Positions 47,423 to 58,438 are shown, counted from the stretch's first letter. The stretch is 64,000 nucleotides of DNA from an uncultured Verrucomicrobiae bacterium (GCA_963764165.1 CAVXRD010000002.1:2272001-2336000); one strand, 5' to 3'. The notes: generated by a model from the sequence alone, not told the origin. Numbers and translations are program-made.

Positions 47423-47821
47423 CTACTGTTTCCAGTTAAACGCGTCCTTCTTTAAAGCGTAGACGTAGCCGATGAAGAGCACGGCCATGAAACCGGTCAT
47501 CGACCCAAGAATCAGGCCAGGCTGGGACGTCAGCATGCCGCGGAAATTCACCGCCCACGGATAAAGAAACACCACCTCGATATCGAAAAGAATGAACAGC
47601 ATCGCCACGAGGTAAAATTTGACTGAAAGCCGTGTGCTGCCATCGCCGACCGGCAGCATGCCGCATTCGTAAGCGGTGTCTTTGATAACCGTCCGTTTGG
47701 CGCGTTTTCCCAGCAGAGCCGAAGCCACCAGGGTTCCGACGGCAAAGAGCACCGCAAGCACCACCAGCATCAGCACTGGCGCGTATTGCATTAATTGAGA
47801 ATCTTTCGGATCCATCTTCAT
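47423..47821 (-). CDS. nuoA: NADH-quinone oxidoreductase subunit A
   Basis: AYECG, KFYLVAMLFILFDIE and YPWA. Confidence 0.96.
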   Translation of the reverse strand: MKMDPKDSQLMQYAPVLMLVVLAVLFAVGTLVASALLGKRAKRTVIKDTAYECGMLPVGDGSTRLSVKFYLVAMLFILFDIEVVFLYPWAVNFRGMLTSQPGLILGSMTGFMAVLFIGYVYALKKDAFNWKQ

Positions 47822-47952
47822 AAGCTAAGAAGGCGGGGGGCCAATTTGCAAGCGGGAATGCAGCGCTCGGCAATTGAGGTTGCTTGTCGCGGCTGGGTGG
47901 GAAAAAATCACTTCATGCCGGCAGGCTCGCCATTCCATAGAATTCGACCGTC

Positions 47953-48684
47953 GTGAATCACACTCGGCCGACACCCACTTCCTCGCCTCAGTTTGATGAT
48001 CGGTTTGTCCAAGAGCTGTTCGATCGGATGGGCAAGTCTTACGACGTGATGAACCTGCTCTCGTCCTTCGGATTCTCAGAGTTTTGGCGTTGGCAATGTG
48101 TTTCTGCATTCGCGCTGGCTCCTGGAGCGCGGGTTTGCGATATGATGGCCGGCACCGGCGAATGCTGGCGCTATATCACCTGGCAAAAACCGGCGGCAAT
48201 TCTCTCGGTCGATTTCTCGTCGTTCATGATTCAACGCCAAACCCTTCGCCGGAAACCGCGCGGCGTGCCGGTGAGCGTTCTCCGTGAGAACGCCCTGGCG
48301 ACTTCCATTCCCTCCACCTCGATTGATCTCGTCGTCAGCGCCTTCGGGCTTAAAACGCTGGGGCCGGAGGGCGTGGCTCGATTCGCGCGCGAAATCCGAC
48401 GCATCCTCAAACCGGGCGGACGATATTCGCTGCTCGAAATTTCGGCCGCCCGCGATTGGTGGCTTGGTTCGCTCTACCGCTGGTATATTGATACCGTGAT
48501 TCCGCAAATCGGACGATTGTGCCTCGGTGATATTGAATGTTACCGCACTTTGGGAGTTTACACGAAGGCTTTCGATTCATGCGCGAACGTCGTCGAGGCA
48601 TTTCGCGCTGCCGGACTCGAGGCTTCACTCGAAAAGCATTTCTTCGGATGCGCCACGTCTCTGGTGGGAAGGCGCCCGGAATAG
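47953..48684 (+). CDS. Class I SAM-dependent methyltransferase, UbiE/MenG-like
   Basis: 'LFD...YDVMN.L.SFG', DMMAGTG and RILKPGG. Confidence 0.8.
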   Translation: MNHTRPTPTSSPQFDDRFVQELFDRMGKSYDVMNLLSSFGFSEFWRWQCVSAFALAPGARVCDMMAGTGECWRYITWQKPAAILSVDFSSFMIQRQTLRRKPRGVPVSVLRENALATSIPSTSIDLVVSAFGLKTLGPEGVARFAREIRRILKPGGRYSLLEISAARDWWLGSLYRWYIDTVIPQIGRLCLGDIECYRTLGVYTKAFDSCANVVEAFRAAGLEASLEKHFFGCATSLVGRRPE

Positions 48685-48750
48685 CCATCAAGAGAGTTTG
48701 TGGCGCTCGCAGAATTCTTGCATTTCCGTTTCATTCTTCCATGCTGCGGG

Positions 48751-49425
48751 ATGGTTCGGCTCGTTTTATTTGACATCGACGGCACGCTTGTCCACACGGG
48801 AGGCGCGGGCGTCAAAGCTTTCGGCAAGGCTTTCCAATCAGAGTTCGGCATCGCGGACGGCACCGAGCGCCTCAAGTTCGCCGGGCGCACCGATGTCTCG
48901 CTGGTGCGGGAATTTTTCGGCCACCATCAAATCGAGCCCAGCTTGAAAAACTTCGATCGTTTCTTTGGAGCCTATCTGGATTGGCTGGAGAAATTGATTC
49001 CCAATTGCGATGGCGGCCCGTGCGTCGGCGTGATGGAGTTTTACGATCAATTGAAGACGCTGCCCGAACCGCCGTTGATCGGATTATTGACAGGCAATAT
49101 CAAAAAAGGCGCCCGGATCAAACTTGAGCGGTTCCATTTGTGGGACAAGTTTGCCTTTGGCGGATTCGCCGACGACCATGAAGAGCGCCCGCGCATCGCC
49201 GCCGCCGCTGTCCGCCGCGGCAGTGAACGGCTGGGGCGCGAATTGAGCGGTAAAGAAGTGGTGGTGATCGGCGACACGCCGCTGGATATTCATTGCGGCA
49301 GGGCCGTGGGGGCAAAGGTGCTGGCTGTGGCAACGGGCGGCGCGAAATTAGAAGAATTGAAAGCGCACAGTCCTGATTGGGCTGTGCCTGACCTGACGCA
49401 CCTTCCCGCTAGCGCGCTGTTATAG
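48751..49425 (+). CDS. HAD-superfamily hydrolase
   Basis: LFDIDGTL, LLTGN and IGDTPLD. Confidence 0.92.
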   Translation: MVRLVLFDIDGTLVHTGGAGVKAFGKAFQSEFGIADGTERLKFAGRTDVSLVREFFGHHQIEPSLKNFDRFFGAYLDWLEKLIPNCDGGPCVGVMEFYDQLKTLPEPPLIGLLTGNIKKGARIKLERFHLWDKFAFGGFADDHEERPRIAAAAVRRGSERLGRELSGKEVVVIGDTPLDIHCGRAVGAKVLAVATGGAKLEELKAHSPDWAVPDLTHLPASALL

Positions 49426-49442
49426 CGGGGCCGCGAGTCAAA

Positions 49443-49676
49443 TCAATGTGAATGGGGACGTCCCGTTCCGCACATGCCGCAGGAACTTGGCGTTCCGCTG
49501 CACGAAGCGCCTTCCGAGGTTCCGCCCGCCACGCTGGAGGCGAAGACGGACAATTTCTTGGTCAGTTTTTTCGATCCGCATTTGGGGCAAAGGGTGGCGC
49601 CTTCCCAGTCTTTCGAACGCACAAGCACTTCCGAATCTTCCCCGCATTTCCCGCAATGAAACTCATAAATCGGCAT
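49443..49676 (-). CDS. FmdB-family zinc-ribbon protein
   Basis: MPIYEFHCGKCG...CPKCG with a Cys/His-rich tail. Confidence 0.9.
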   Translation of the reverse strand: MPIYEFHCGKCGEDSEVLVRSKDWEGATLCPKCGSKKLTKKLSVFASSVAGGTSEGASCSGTPSSCGMCGTGRPHSH

Positions 49677-49786
49677 ACAGTGAAAATACCGTTCGCTGAG
49701 CGCGGAGTCAAAGGGAAGTAACGATTGGAAAGGGCGCAGGGCGCATCTTTGTTTTGGCAAATGACCACGCAGGCCGCTTTGGATAG

Positions 49787-49937
49787 TTCCCTCGCCCCGC
49801 CTGCGGGGAGAGGGTTAGGGAGAGGGGAACAGAGAAAACAATTTGAAACCCGACCGATTTCAACGCGGCTGGACTCGCGAGAATCTTCGCGGATCCCCTC
49901 TCTCCTTCTCTCTCCCCGCCGGGCGGGGCGAGAGTGA
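49787..49937. repeat. CCCTCTCC-type palindromic intergenic repeat pair
   Basis: TTCCCTCGCCCCGCCTGCGGGGAGAGGGTTAGGGAGAGGGG ... CCCCTCTCTCCTTCTCTCTCCCCGCCGGGCGGGGCGAGAG. Confidence 0.8.
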
Positions 49938-49986
49938 TCACTATCGGAATGCCTCAGTGTTCTTCGATTCCAAGGCTTGCAGCCGC

Positions 49987-50523
49987 TTATGCGCTCTGCG
50001 CGTTCGCCACTGACTCGGCAACCTCGGTGAGTTTCTCGTCGGCGGCTTTTTCTTCCTCAAGCGTTTCGCCAAGAATTTCCGCCGCTTCCGAATTGCCCAG
50101 TTGCTCGGCCCATGCAATCACGGTGCCGTAGGAGGCGATTTCGTAGTGCTCCACCTTTTGAGCGGCTGCGATCACGCCGGCGTCGATGGTGCTCTTGCCT
50201 TTGAGTTCTTGCAGCAGCTCGGAGCCTTCTTCAACCAATCCCTTCATTGCCTTGCAGGTTTTGCTCTTTGGCTTTTCGCCGAAGGCTTCAAACACCTGTT
50301 TGAGGCGCTCCACATGTCCCTGGGTTTCTTCGAGGTGCGACTCGATGGCTTCGCGCAGCTCGTCGGATTGAACGGCCTTTGCCATCTTCGGCAGCGCTTT
50401 CGTCAATTGAGTTTCGGCGCTGAGGAGATCGGCCAGTTCATCCAGGAGCAACTCTTGCAATTCTGCATTTGCTTCCTGGCCCTCTTGCGGTTCATTTTCG
50501 TTATCTGATGTTTTCTTTTTCAT
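49987..50523 (-). CDS. yciF: YciE/YciF ferritin-like protein (DUF892)
   Basis: AETQL..ALPKM, HLEET..HV.RL and QKVEHYEIASYG. Confidence 0.92.
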   Translation of the reverse strand: MKKKTSDNENEPQEGQEANAELQELLLDELADLLSAETQLTKALPKMAKAVQSDELREAIESHLEETQGHVERLKQVFEAFGEKPKSKTCKAMKGLVEEGSELLQELKGKSTIDAGVIAAAQKVEHYEIASYGTVIAWAEQLGNSEAAEILGETLEEEKAADEKLTEVAESVANAQSA

Positions 50524-50670
50524 AAGTGATGTGCATTAGCGGAGGACTTTTTAGCAGAAACCGTTCCGAAGGTTCGACCAGCCGATCCTCCTCGGGCGCG
50601 GGGTCGCCGCCAATTTGCAGTGTCTCAATCTGCAATCCAAAATTGCGAAATGCCATTTCAGGGCGCCGTT

Positions 50671-52869
50671 TTAGATTTTGGAGACTTCCTTGGCCAGCTC
50701 CTCGGAAGCCTTCGCGCGAGCGTTCTGATTGACAAATCTCAACCGCGCGACGCACATGGACCGGCTCGCAACGCTCACTTTTTCCCCGACGGGCTCGGGC
50801 TTCTCCAAAAATCCGTCTTCATGTTCCGTTCGCATCACAATCTCCCAAGAAACGGCGCCCGCTTTTGGAAAAGCAAACTCGACCGGCTCGTGAAAGGCAT
50901 TGAAACAAACCAGATAGAAATCATCCGCCAGGGGCTGGCCATCACTGCCCAGAAGATTTCCGCTCAGCAGCATGGCGAAGGATTGGTTGCTCTCGGAATT
51001 CCACTGCTCATCCGTCATTTTTCGGCCCGAGGTGTTGAGCCACAAGACATCCTCGATTTTTCCGCCGCGCACAGGGCGGCCGCGGAAAAAATCCAATCGT
51101 CGAAAAACTGGATGTTCTCTCCGCAGGGTGGCAAGCCCGGCGACAAATTTCTTCAGTCGCTCGGCGTGTTCATCCCAGTCCCACTGCAGCCAGTTGATCT
51201 CATTGTCCTGGCAATAGGCGTTATTGTTTCCGTGCTGCGATTTGCCGAATTCATCGCCGGATCTCAGCATGGGAACGCCCTGCGACAAAAAGAGCGTCGC
51301 CAAAAAATTTCGCTGCTGGCGCCGCCGCAGCTTGTTGATCTCCTCGTCATCCGTCTTCCCCTCGGCCCCGCAATTCCAGCTATTATTGTTTTTCTCGCCG
51401 TCCTTATTGTCCTCGCCATTTGCCTCATTGTGCGTGTCCTGATAGCTCACCAGGTCTGCCAATGCATAACCGTCATGGGCCGTGACGAAATTCACGCTGG
51501 CGGACGGCGTTTTGCCCGTGTACTCGTACAGATCAGCGCTGCCGGAAAGGCGCCGCGCAAAATCCGCCAGGCTGCCTTTGTCCCCTTTCCAATATCGCCG
51601 CGCGGTGTCCCGGTATTTGCCGTTCCATTCCGACCACAAGACGGGAAATTTTCCAACCAGATAGCCGTCCGCGCCCAGGTCCCATGGCTCGGCGATCAGC
51701 TTCACTTGTGAAATAGTGGGATCCTGGTGAATGACGTCAAAGAACGAGGAGAGATGATTGACCTCGTGCAATTCGCGAGCCAGCGCGGCCGCCAGGTCGA
51801 AGCGAAATCCATCCACATGCATTTCGGTAATCCAGTAACGCAAGCTGTCCATGACAAGCTGCAAGACGTTCGGCCGGTAAACCGCCAGCGTGTTGCCCGT
51901 GCCCGTGTAATCGAAATAAAAGCGGTGGTTATCCGGCGAAAGGCGGTAATACACCGAGTTGTCGATGCCCCGAAACGACAGCATGGGGCCAAGATGATTT
52001 CCCTCACAGGTGTGATTGTAGACGACGTCCAGAATGACCTCCAGTCCGGCGGCGTGGAGATTCTTGACCATCGATTTGAATTCCTTGACCTGCCCGCCGA
52101 GGCACCCGGAACCCGAAAACCGGCAATCGGGGGCAAAAAAGCCAATGGTATTGTAACCCCAATAATCCGTCAGACCCTTGTCAAGCAGATGTTGAGAATT
52201 GACCCGGTGGTGAACAGGGAGCAGTTCCACCGCCGTCACTCCAAGCTCTTTGAAATACCGGATGGCTTCTTCGCAGGCCAAACCCGCGTAGGTTCCGCGA
52301 GATTTTTCCGGCAGATGCTTCCAGAGCTTGGAGAAGCCCTTGACGTGGGTTTCATAGATGACGAGATTGCTCATCGGAACTCGTGGCGGGGCGTCTCCAC
52401 TCCAGTCGAAACTTGGGTCAATGACAACGGATTTGGGCATGCAGTGGGCATTGTTGCGATCGTCTTTCGTCAGGTCTTTATCCGGGCTTTGATCCTCGAA
52501 TGAATACGAAAACATCTCGGGTCCCCATTTTACGTCGCCGCTGATTGCCTTTGCATACGGATCCAAAAGCAGCTTGGCGGGGTTGAAACGATGGCCCTGG
52601 GCGGGGTTATGCGGACCAAAGACGCGATAGCCGTAACATTGCCCCGGGCGAAGACCCTTGACGAAAATATGCCAAATCTGATTTGTGCAGTGATATAAGC
52701 GGATGGATTCTCCGTCTGACGCGTCGGGAGAATCAAAGAGACAAAGATCCACCCGGTCAGCATTCGCGCTGAAGATGGCAAAGTTGACGCCGTCGCCTTG
52801 AAGGGTTGCGCCCAGAGGGAACGGACTTCCAACTGATAATTCTAATTTTGATTTTTGCATTTGTGTCAC
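50671..52869 (-). CDS. glgX: Glycogen debranching enzyme
   Basis: PLGAT, DYWGYNT, DVVYNHT, DGFRFDLA, IAEPWD and TAHDG. Confidence 0.97.
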   Translation of the reverse strand: MTQMQKSKLELSVGSPFPLGATLQGDGVNFAIFSANADRVDLCLFDSPDASDGESIRLYHCTNQIWHIFVKGLRPGQCYGYRVFGPHNPAQGHRFNPAKLLLDPYAKAISGDVKWGPEMFSYSFEDQSPDKDLTKDDRNNAHCMPKSVVIDPSFDWSGDAPPRVPMSNLVIYETHVKGFSKLWKHLPEKSRGTYAGLACEEAIRYFKELGVTAVELLPVHHRVNSQHLLDKGLTDYWGYNTIGFFAPDCRFSGSGCLGGQVKEFKSMVKNLHAAGLEVILDVVYNHTCEGNHLGPMLSFRGIDNSVYYRLSPDNHRFYFDYTGTGNTLAVYRPNVLQLVMDSLRYWITEMHVDGFRFDLAAALARELHEVNHLSSFFDVIHQDPTISQVKLIAEPWDLGADGYLVGKFPVLWSEWNGKYRDTARRYWKGDKGSLADFARRLSGSADLYEYTGKTPSASVNFVTAHDGYALADLVSYQDTHNEANGEDNKDGEKNNNSWNCGAEGKTDDEEINKLRRRQQRNFLATLFLSQGVPMLRSGDEFGKSQHGNNNAYCQDNEINWLQWDWDEHAERLKKFVAGLATLRREHPVFRRLDFFRGRPVRGGKIEDVLWLNTSGRKMTDEQWNSESNQSFAMLLSGNLLGSDGQPLADDFYLVCFNAFHEPVEFAFPKAGAVSWEIVMRTEHEDGFLEKPEPVGEKVSVASRSMCVARLRFVNQNARAKASEELAKEVSKI

Positions 52870-53128
52870 CCGGTCGGAGACCGATGCGAGGCGTTAATAG
52901 CAGCGGTTGTGCCATCCCGGCCCAAGGCGAACCTGTGCTTTCCGCGCGACCTCTTTCCAGAGTGCCATTGCATGACGCAATCTTAGGGGCGTCATGTAAT
53001 GCAATATGCGGAAGAACCCGCGCAACAAATGCAGATCGCTTTCCTCAACCCAAGTGGTACGGAACAAGCTTGATTCTCGTGCGTTCAAGTTGAAGCTGGT
53101 TGAAGCTAGCTAAACAAAAGGATCAGTT

Positions 53129-53365
53129 ATGCCACGAGGAGACAAGTCAAGCTATACAAGCAAACAGAAGCGCCAAGCCGCACACATCGAGGAAAGCTAC
53201 GAACATCGTGGAGTGAAGCCGAAAGAGGCGGCGGGACGGGCGTGGGCGACCGTGAACAAAATGTCCCACGGTGGCAAACGCAGCGGGTCCGGCCGCGGGA
53301 AAACCGAAAACCACGCTCCGGCCAAGAAGGGCGGCCGCCTGGGTGGCCGAGCGCGGAGTCGATAA
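53129..53365 (+). CDS. Small basic conserved protein (MPRGDKSSYT..QKR.A.HI family)
   Basis: 'A..RAWATVNK' motif, very Lys/Arg-rich; RBS AAGGA upstream. Confidence 0.8.
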   Translation: MPRGDKSSYTSKQKRQAAHIEESYEHRGVKPKEAAGRAWATVNKMSHGGKRSGSGRGKTENHAPAKKGGRLGGRARSR

Positions 53366-53708
53366 TCTGCAGCGCGCTAAAAGGCCAGGAAAGCCCGTTG
53401 CCGAAACCATTATATGATTCGGAATTTATCATCCTGATCATCCATGCGGCGTCCAGCGCCGCCGTTTATGCCCTGGGGCTGGTTATGGGTTTCCTTGCAG
53501 GGAGCCGGTTATCCTGTTGATTCTCCTTTGCCGGCGAGATCATTTCCTGCATGCCTTCCTTGGTCTCGTTGACTCGCGGATGCACTTCCTTGATAAGATC
53601 GTGTTCGGCATTGGACAATCGTTCGATGCGCCTGCTTTTCTGGAGTGGCTCAGATCGGAGATTTCGCAGGGAGGAAAAGGAAAAGAGAAAGCGCGAATTC
53701 GGAAAAGC

Positions 53709-54093
53709 TAATTCTCTCACCAGTGGTGAGAGTTTTGCCGGAGCCAGCACAATTCGCTCGAAAAGCGCGCTGTTGATCTGGCGCTCCAAGTCCCGTTTTC
53801 CCCAATGCTCGCGAGCCGCCATGCGCAGATAAAACTCACGTTCTTCTTGACGCCTGCACTTGCCGAGAATGAGCAAATTATTGCTCCATGTTAATTCTCT
53901 CACCAGTGGTGAGAGTTTTGCCTCGCCGCGCCACGTTTCATAAAACTGCAGCATTCGCCAAAGGTTTTGCGCGGAAAATCCACGGGCATTGGGATCGCGT
54001 GCCCGAATATAGGCGGCAAGGGAGGCGACGGTTGATTTGCCCCAGCCCTCGGCTGTGACACGGCGGCTGATGCGCTCGCCAATGCCCCAATAA
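53709..54093 (-). pseudogene. Internal fragment of a YhcG/DUF1016 (PDDEXK nuclease) gene
   Basis: 'YWGIG...GWGK...GFSAQNL.RM..FY...LTWS....L...EREFY...A....W...L...I.S.L.ER'. No start codon and no nuclease domain. Confidence 0.75.
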
Positions 54094-54098
54094 ATAAC

Positions 54099-54132
54099 AA
54101 AAAAAGGCGAGCAGCCGTTACGCCGCTCGCCT
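54099..54132 (-). terminator. Rho-independent terminator of rpsO-pnp
   Basis: Minus strand AGGCGAGCGGC-GTAACG-GCTGCTCGCCT followed by a T-run. Confidence 0.88.
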
Positions 54133-54156
54133 CGAGATTTGTTTCGAATCGGAAAC

Positions 54157-56292
54157 TTAGGCTTTGGGACCCATTTCTTTTTCGCGGTCTTCCATCGCGG
54201 CTTTGCGCGAGAGGCGGACGCGGCCTTTTTCGTCCACGCCCAGGCACTTGACCCAGATTTCATCGCCCATCTTGACGATGTCTTCGGTTTGTTTGACACG
54301 GAAGTTGGCCAGTTCGCTGATGTGAACCAGTCCGTCCTTGCCCGGCAGAAATTCCACGAACGCGCCGAATTCCTTGATCGTGACAACCTTGCCGCGATAA
54401 AGCTTGCCGATTTCGGCTTCCGCCGTCATGCCTTCGATGGCGTCCTGCGCGATCTTCATGCCTTCCGCCGAGACGGAGTAAATGTTGACTGTGCCATCGT
54501 CGTCGATGTTGATTTCGCAGCCGGATTCTTCGACAAGGCGCTTGATGTTCTTGCCGCCAGGCCCGATGAGGGCGCCGATCTTTTCCGGGTTGATCTTCAC
54601 CTGCACGATGCGCGGAGCGTACTTGCTCATTTCCTTGCGCGGTTCCGACAAGGTCGCGGCCATGATGTCCAGGATGGACATGCGGGCTTTGCGGGCTTTC
54701 TCCAACGCCTCCGCCATGATGCTGTGCGGCAATCCGCGCAGTTTCAAATCGAGCTGGAATCCCGTGATGCCCTTGGAGGTTCCGGCGATTTTGCAATCCA
54801 TGTCGCAGAAGCCGTCTTCCCAGCCGATGATGTCGGTGAGCAGTTTGTAATCGAGAATCTTGTCCACGTCATCATGCGTGGTGCAGATGCCGATGCTGAT
54901 GCCCGCGACCGGACGAATCAGCGGCACGCCGGCGTCGAGCAAGGCGAGAGTTCCGCCGCAAACGGTGGCCATCGAGGAGGACCCGTTGGATTCCAAAATC
55001 TCGCTCGTCACGCGGACGGCGTAAGGATAAGTCTCCAGCGGGAGCATTGGTTCAATCGAGCGTTCGGCAAGAGCGCCGTGGCCGATTTCGCGGCGGCCGG
55101 GGCCGGAGATGCGGCCGGTTTCGCCGACGGAATAATTGGGGAAGTTGTAATGCAGGATGAACTTCTTGGTCGTCTCGCCGCCAGTGTAGGAATCGAATTC
55201 CTGGGCGTCTTCGCTGGTGCCGAGGGTGACGAGGGCCAGCGCCTGGGTTTCGCCGCGGGTGAACAGCGATGATCCGTGGGCGCGCGGGAGCATTCCGACT
55301 TCGCAGGTAATTTGGCGGACATCTTCGAAGCCGCGGCCATCGAGGCGCTTGTTCTCATTCATCACGAGGCCGCGAACGGCTTCCTTTTGAATGTAGTAGA
55401 ACGCTTCCTTGAGGACGTTGTCGGTGACTTTTTCTTCGCCGAATTTTTCCTTCAACTTGGCGCCGATTTCGTCCGTGAGCGTCTTGACGGCGACTTCGCG
55501 TTCAAGCTTTTTGACAGTGAGCAACGCTGGAACCATGCGTCCGCCGGCCAGCAATTGGGCTTCGGCCAGAATATCTTCTGGAACGATGCTCACGGTGATC
55601 GAACGCTTGGCTTTTCCGCCGCGGGCGGCGAGGTCCTTTTGCGCCTGGATCATCGGCTGGCAGCAATCGTGGCCGAACTTGAGCGCCGCGATGAAATCCG
55701 TTTCGGAAATCTCCTTGGCCGCGCCTTCGAACATGACAACATCGGAACTGTTGCCGACGTAAATCAAATCGAGATCGCTGTCCCTCATCTCGCTGTGGGT
55801 GGGGTTGGCAATGAACTGGCCGTTGACCCGGCCGATGCGCAACGCGCCGAGCGGGCCGTCCCACGGAATATCGCTCACGCTCAAGGATGCCGAGGCGCCG
55901 ATGATGGTGAGAATATCGGAATCATTTTCGCCATCCGCGCTAAGCAGGAGGCTCTGCACCTGGACTTCGTTGAACCAGCCTTTGGGGAAAAGCGGGCGAA
56001 TCGGGCGATCGGTCAGGCGGCTGGTGAGAATTTCCTTTTCCGTCGGGCGACCTTCACGCTTGAAGTAGCCGCCGGGGAATTTTCCGGCCGCGGCCGCTTT
56101 TTCGCGGTAATCGACGGTGAGCGGGAAAAATTCCTGGCCCGGTTTGGCCTTGCTGGCCGCGACGGCCGCGACGAGAACGATGGTTTCTCCCAGTTGAACC
56201 GTGACGGAGCCGTCAGCTTGTTTGGCCAGTTTGCCGGTTTCGATGATAATTTCTTTGCCCCCGACTGAGGCGATAACTCTTTCTGCTGCCAT
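54157..56292 (-). CDS. pnp: Polyribonucleotide nucleotidyltransferase
   Basis: [26 protein letters not shown], and KH and S1 domains. Confidence 0.98.
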   Translation of the reverse strand: MAAERVIASVGGKEIIIETGKLAKQADGSVTVQLGETIVLVAAVAASKAKPGQEFFPLTVDYREKAAAAGKFPGGYFKREGRPTEKEILTSRLTDRPIRPLFPKGWFNEVQVQSLLLSADGENDSDILTIIGASASLSVSDIPWDGPLGALRIGRVNGQFIANPTHSEMRDSDLDLIYVGNSSDVVMFEGAAKEISETDFIAALKFGHDCCQPMIQAQKDLAARGGKAKRSITVSIVPEDILAEAQLLAGGRMVPALLTVKKLEREVAVKTLTDEIGAKLKEKFGEEKVTDNVLKEAFYYIQKEAVRGLVMNENKRLDGRGFEDVRQITCEVGMLPRAHGSSLFTRGETQALALVTLGTSEDAQEFDSYTGGETTKKFILHYNFPNYSVGETGRISGPGRREIGHGALAERSIEPMLPLETYPYAVRVTSEILESNGSSSMATVCGGTLALLDAGVPLIRPVAGISIGICTTHDDVDKILDYKLLTDIIGWEDGFCDMDCKIAGTSKGITGFQLDLKLRGLPHSIMAEALEKARKARMSILDIMAATLSEPRKEMSKYAPRIVQVKINPEKIGALIGPGGKNIKRLVEESGCEINIDDDGTVNIYSVSAEGMKIAQDAIEGMTAEAEIGKLYRGKVVTIKEFGAFVEFLPGKDGLVHISELANFRVKQTEDIVKMGDEIWVKCLGVDEKGRVRLSRKAAMEDREKEMGPKA

Positions 56293-56513
56293 AATATGAT
56301 ACTTCCCGCTGACTTGAAGGAACTTCAATCAAGACCAAGGCGGCCCGGCTGGGCCGAAGGTTTTGGGTTTTGATTGAAATCACCCCAAGTCAGCAGAATT
56401 TCTAATCGCGAATTCATCCTGCGCAAAAGCCCGCTCGCGAAGGACGGGCCGATGGCATTGATCAAGCCGAGGGCCCAAAACAATGGGCCTGGCATACCGA
56501 GAAGTGAAAAATC

Positions 56514-56768
56514 TCAGTGGCGAAGCTTGAGCTTCTTGGTGACCGTCTGATAACGCGGCAAATCCGTGCTATGGAGATAATCCAATAAGCGGCGGCGCTG
56601 GCCGACCATGACGAGGAGACCGCGGCGGGAGCTGTGGTCTTTGACATTCTGCTGCAAATGCTCAGTCAGGTGATTGATGCGTTCGGTCAATAGAGCGACC
56701 TGCACGTCAGCGGACCCTGTGTCGCGTTCGTGCAGTCGGAACCCTGCTATCGTCTTTCCTTTTTCCAT
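56514..56768 (-). CDS. rpsO: 30S ribosomal protein S15
   Basis: [22 protein letters not shown] and RRRLLDYL. Confidence 0.98.
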   Translation of the reverse strand: MEKGKTIAGFRLHERDTGSADVQVALLTERINHLTEHLQQNVKDHSSRRGLLVMVGQRRRLLDYLHSTDLPRYQTVTKKLKLRH

Positions 56769-57050
56769 ATTCTTTTCGATCAATATTCGTTGAACGGGAA
56801 GCATAATTACGATTCAGACGCCTGTAAAGTCTGATTTCCACCTTTTTTTAGAGGGGCTTTTAAGGAACAAAATGCGAAAAATGAATCTGGAACTCACGAA
56901 GTCAGGAACGGAGGCTTCAGTCGTTTTCGGACGCCGGGAGTGATATGGATTGACGCCCGGGCGGTATCGAATTGACGTTGCGCGCGACCTCGGCTTGGGT
57001 CTCCTTTCCTGAGTTCGGTCGTTCCACATATATAACATATGATCTCCAAA

Positions 57051-57306
57051 AAGTGGCAACACCCGTTACATCGTTGAAGGCAAAGGAATTAAGTGGCAAC
57101 ACAAATGGCTGCAAGGTGGCAACAACCGGCAACATTTTCGGAACACAGAGAATCTTCACACCAAGGAAAACAAGGTCCCAAAGGTATTTGTCTCGCACGC
57201 TGTTGAATTTAGGAGCGCGGCCATCGGCGGACATCGAGCGATGGCCGGCGGCGATGGGGGTTTGGCCGTGAAAACTGAGGGTGCAATAGGGTGCAATAGC
57301 ATGCAA
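57051..57306. repeat. Short direct repeats in the rpsO upstream region
   Basis: AAGTGGCAACAC at 57051 and 57091, GTGGCAACA at 57116, GGCAACA at 57128; (GGGTGCAATA)n at 57278-57306. Confidence 0.75.
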
Positions 57307-57560
57307 CGCTCCGATCCCATCTTACGCCTCAGCCCCGAACCAGAGACTCAGAAATCCGCAAAATATCAAAGAACACGCCCTGACGGCGACAGGAAGAAAA
57401 ATAAGCCCGGAAGCCCTTTTAGTCAATTACGCTTGCAATTACACGTTTATGTGGTATGTGGGGCATGGCAAGCGAAACCTCGATTGTCCAAAAGGGACCG
57501 GATGGGAAAGCAAAACTGTCATTTTTCCAGGACAGGCCCTTTCACGGATTGTTTTGAAAG

Positions 57561-58283
57561 CTATTGGACCGGCTGCACCGTTCCGCTGAGGGCAAAAAGA
57601 TTCAGGACTGAACCCGAGGGTTCTTTGTTAATTTCAACCTGATGCAGGATCTTGGCGGCGTCGGGATTGAGGTCGAAACCGTGGATGTAGTGATGATCCG
57701 TTTCGGTCTTGTGGCCTTTGGCATCCACTTTTCCAAAGCCATCGACTAAAACAAACCAGCCGCTATCGGCTGCCTTGGGCAAAAAGTAAAAGTCCGGCAC
57801 GCGGGTTGCGCGCTGCTCCACGGAGCCATCGACGTAGCGGAGTGTCACCGTGATCGGTGTGGATCCGTTGGCGCTGATAAAGAAGGCTTGCATCTGCTTA
57901 TAGTGGTTGGGTGGGACAGGGATGCCACAGGTTTCTGAGCTGGCCGGCATCCGGCGGACCTGTGGGCCGGCCTCGCCGTCGGCATAATGCAGTTTGACTT
58001 CCGGATGCCTGGCATTGGCGGCGATGAGGCCGGAAGATGGAAGTGGATTAAGCTGGCCCGCCTTGGAGACTTCCGCGGCCGCTTTGGTGATCAGGATAGA
58101 GTTGCCGGTGTCGAGGGCGTGATCGGCCAGTTGCAGTTGACCCTCCTTCTGGGTGATAACGACGCGGGCGTTGAGCAGCTTGTCCAGGTTTACCTGGACG
58201 GTTTGGTTCGAGTCAGCGGCGGCGCAGGAACCAACCAGGGCGACGGCGAAAAGCGTGCTCGAATAAAATCTGTTTGTGATCAT
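57561..58283 (-). CDS. Secreted hypothetical protein
   Basis: Signal peptide from ATG 58283; beta-rich composition; host-like codon usage. Confidence 0.65.
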   Translation of the reverse strand: MITNRFYSSTLFAVALVGSCAAADSNQTVQVNLDKLLNARVVITQKEGQLQLADHALDTGNSILITKAAAEVSKAGQLNPLPSSGLIAANARHPEVKLHYADGEAGPQVRRMPASSETCGIPVPPNHYKQMQAFFISANGSTPITVTLRYVDGSVEQRATRVPDFYFLPKAADSGWFVLVDGFGKVDAKGHKTETDHHYIHGFDLNPDAAKILHQVEINKEPSGSVLNLFALSGTVQPVQ

Positions 58284-58438
58284 GAACACAGCATGTTCTG
58301 GGCGGACAGGGTTGTCAAAAATTGTAAGAGCACAGCGCGGAAACGGATTCGGGTCAGCGCTCAACGCCTTTTGTCAACAGAAGGGACCGGATGAGAAAAC
58401 AAAAACCGCCGTTTTTCCAGGACCCTTCACGTTTCAAT

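Noticed and set aside
53466..54386. 306-aa ORF in the track
   Set aside because: Artefactual read-through of a pnp alternate frame, the terminator, the DUF1016 fragment and an unrelated tail.
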